This document shows positions 31,515 to 32,000 of a stretch of 32,000 nucleotides of DNA, one piece after another; position 1 is the stretch's first letter; the number at the start of each line of letters is the position of its first letter. The notes under the pieces are model-generated. The model was not told the DNA's origin. It searched no databases and worked only from the letters and a program-made list of their open reading frames with translations. Source of the DNA: Acutalibacteraceae bacterium (GTDB taxonomy: Bacteria > Bacillota > Clostridia > Oscillospirales > Acutalibacteraceae). Made by a program: the position numbers and the translations under genes. The stretch is taken from NCBI GenBank assembly GCA_045605425.1, contig JAZUQA010000002.1, positions 358,715 through 390,714 of the forward strand, given 5' to 3'.

Positions 31515-32000
31515 ATGGCTAGTAATAATTTAAAAGTACCGGTGAATATTCTGGTAGAAAAAATCCGTCCCTTTGAGGGACATCCGTATAAGGTGCTTGA
31601 TAATGAAGAGATGAATAATCTTATCTGCAGTATTCAGGAGCAAGGTATTTTGTCTCCGATACTTTTACGCCCTATTGAAAATACAGATGAATATGAGGTG
31701 ATAAGCGGTCACAGACGCTTGCACGCAGCAGTCAAGGCAGGGATGAAAGAAGTCCCTGCCTTTATTTATGCAATTTCCCGTGCTGAAGCGGCAGTAATGC
31801 TCGTTGACAGCAATCTGCACCGTGAGCATATTCTTCCGAGTGAACGAGCCTTTGCCTATAAACTCAAATCAGAGGCTTTGAAGCACCAAGGTAAACGTAC
31901 AGACTTAACTTCGGTGCAAGTTGCACCGAAGTTATCAACAGAACAGATAGCTGCAACAGAAAATATCAGTAAAGATACAGTTAAAAGGTATATCCGTCTG
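31515..32000 (+). CDS. ParB-like N-terminal domain protein (3' end outside window)
   Basis: AAGGAG RBS, ATG 31515, frame open to the window end. Motifs IRPFEGHPYKV...GILSPILLRP...YEVISGHRRLHAA are typical of the ParB/Srx domain. Confidence 0.8.
   Translation, partial: MASNNLKVPVNILVEKIRPFEGHPYKVLDNEEMNNLICSIQEQGILSPILLRPIENTDEYEVISGHRRLHAAVKAGMKEVPAFIYAISRAEAAVMLVDSNLHREHILPSERAFAYKLKSEALKHQGKRTDLTSVQVAPKLSTEQIAATENISKDTVKRYIRL

Larger units (their letters stand above)
6208..32000. mobile_element. Accessory / genomic-island DNA next to ssrA (mosaic; right end not in window)
   Basis: Base composition drops abruptly to AT-rich right after the ssrA terminator. The content is defence-like genes, a TnpV-like remnant, a toxin operon, a tyrosine recombinase and a MobC/relaxase/ParB module. 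No att direct repeat of the ssrA 3' end was seen by eye. Confidence 0.6.
25735..32000. mobile_element. Mobilisable-element module (polymerase-like gene, oriT?, MobC, relaxase, ParB-like)
   Basis: Gene content is typical of integrative mobilisable or conjugative elements of Clostridia. The boundaries are not determinable in this window. Confidence 0.5.

Noticed and set aside
1-32000. CRISPR arrays, rRNA genes and prophage structural modules
   Set aside because: No regularly spaced direct repeats, no rRNA-like sequence, and no capsid, tail or terminase-like translations were seen on either strand.

Overview
The window looks like a low-GC Firmicute (Clostridia-like) chromosome; that taxonomic call is inference from gene content, RBS style and repeats. 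Positions 1-6.2 kb look like core genome. They hold the 3' part of a MATE efflux gene, an XRE-HTH membrane protein, a small ORF, smpB, a second XRE-HTH protein and ssrA (tmRNA), with REP/MITE-like hairpin repeats in the spacers. Right after the ssrA terminator the DNA becomes visibly AT-richer and stays accessory to the window end. The accessory part contains five modules. (1) A near-consensus promoter, a roughly 100-nt tRNA-like leader and a strong terminator precede a HEPN (Rx4H) gene and a degenerate-HNH gene. (2) A small TnpV-like remnant cluster. (3) A 14-kb, 17-gene minus-strand operon (9900-23905). It encodes an HTH regulator, three small WXG100-like helical proteins, a Cys-rich coiled-coil protein and a zinc-ribbon membrane protein. 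These are followed by a 57-aa ORF, an E2-like/JAB/E1-like cassette and a 1461-aa soluble multi-domain FtsK/EssC-like ATPase. The operon ends with two polymorphic toxins (an ADP-ribosyltransferase and an HExxH peptidase) that share the WXG-like N-domain, small putative immunity genes, a DUF1292 gene and an M48 peptidase. (4) A 1.46-kb segment carrying a tyrosine recombinase, bounded by perfect 29-bp inverted repeats. It holds an outward TTGACA-17-TATACT promoter that currently points away from the big operon, so it looks like a self-contained inverton in the OFF state. (5) A mobilisation module with a 1012-aa YonO/RdRP-like polymerase (GGADFDGD), MobC, a relaxase and a ParB-like gene. The best candidate for an undescribed system is the T7SS-like toxin operon that includes ubiquitin-type E1/E2/DUB enzymes and sits under an invertible promoter. 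All calls come from reading the sequence and translations; no database search was possible.
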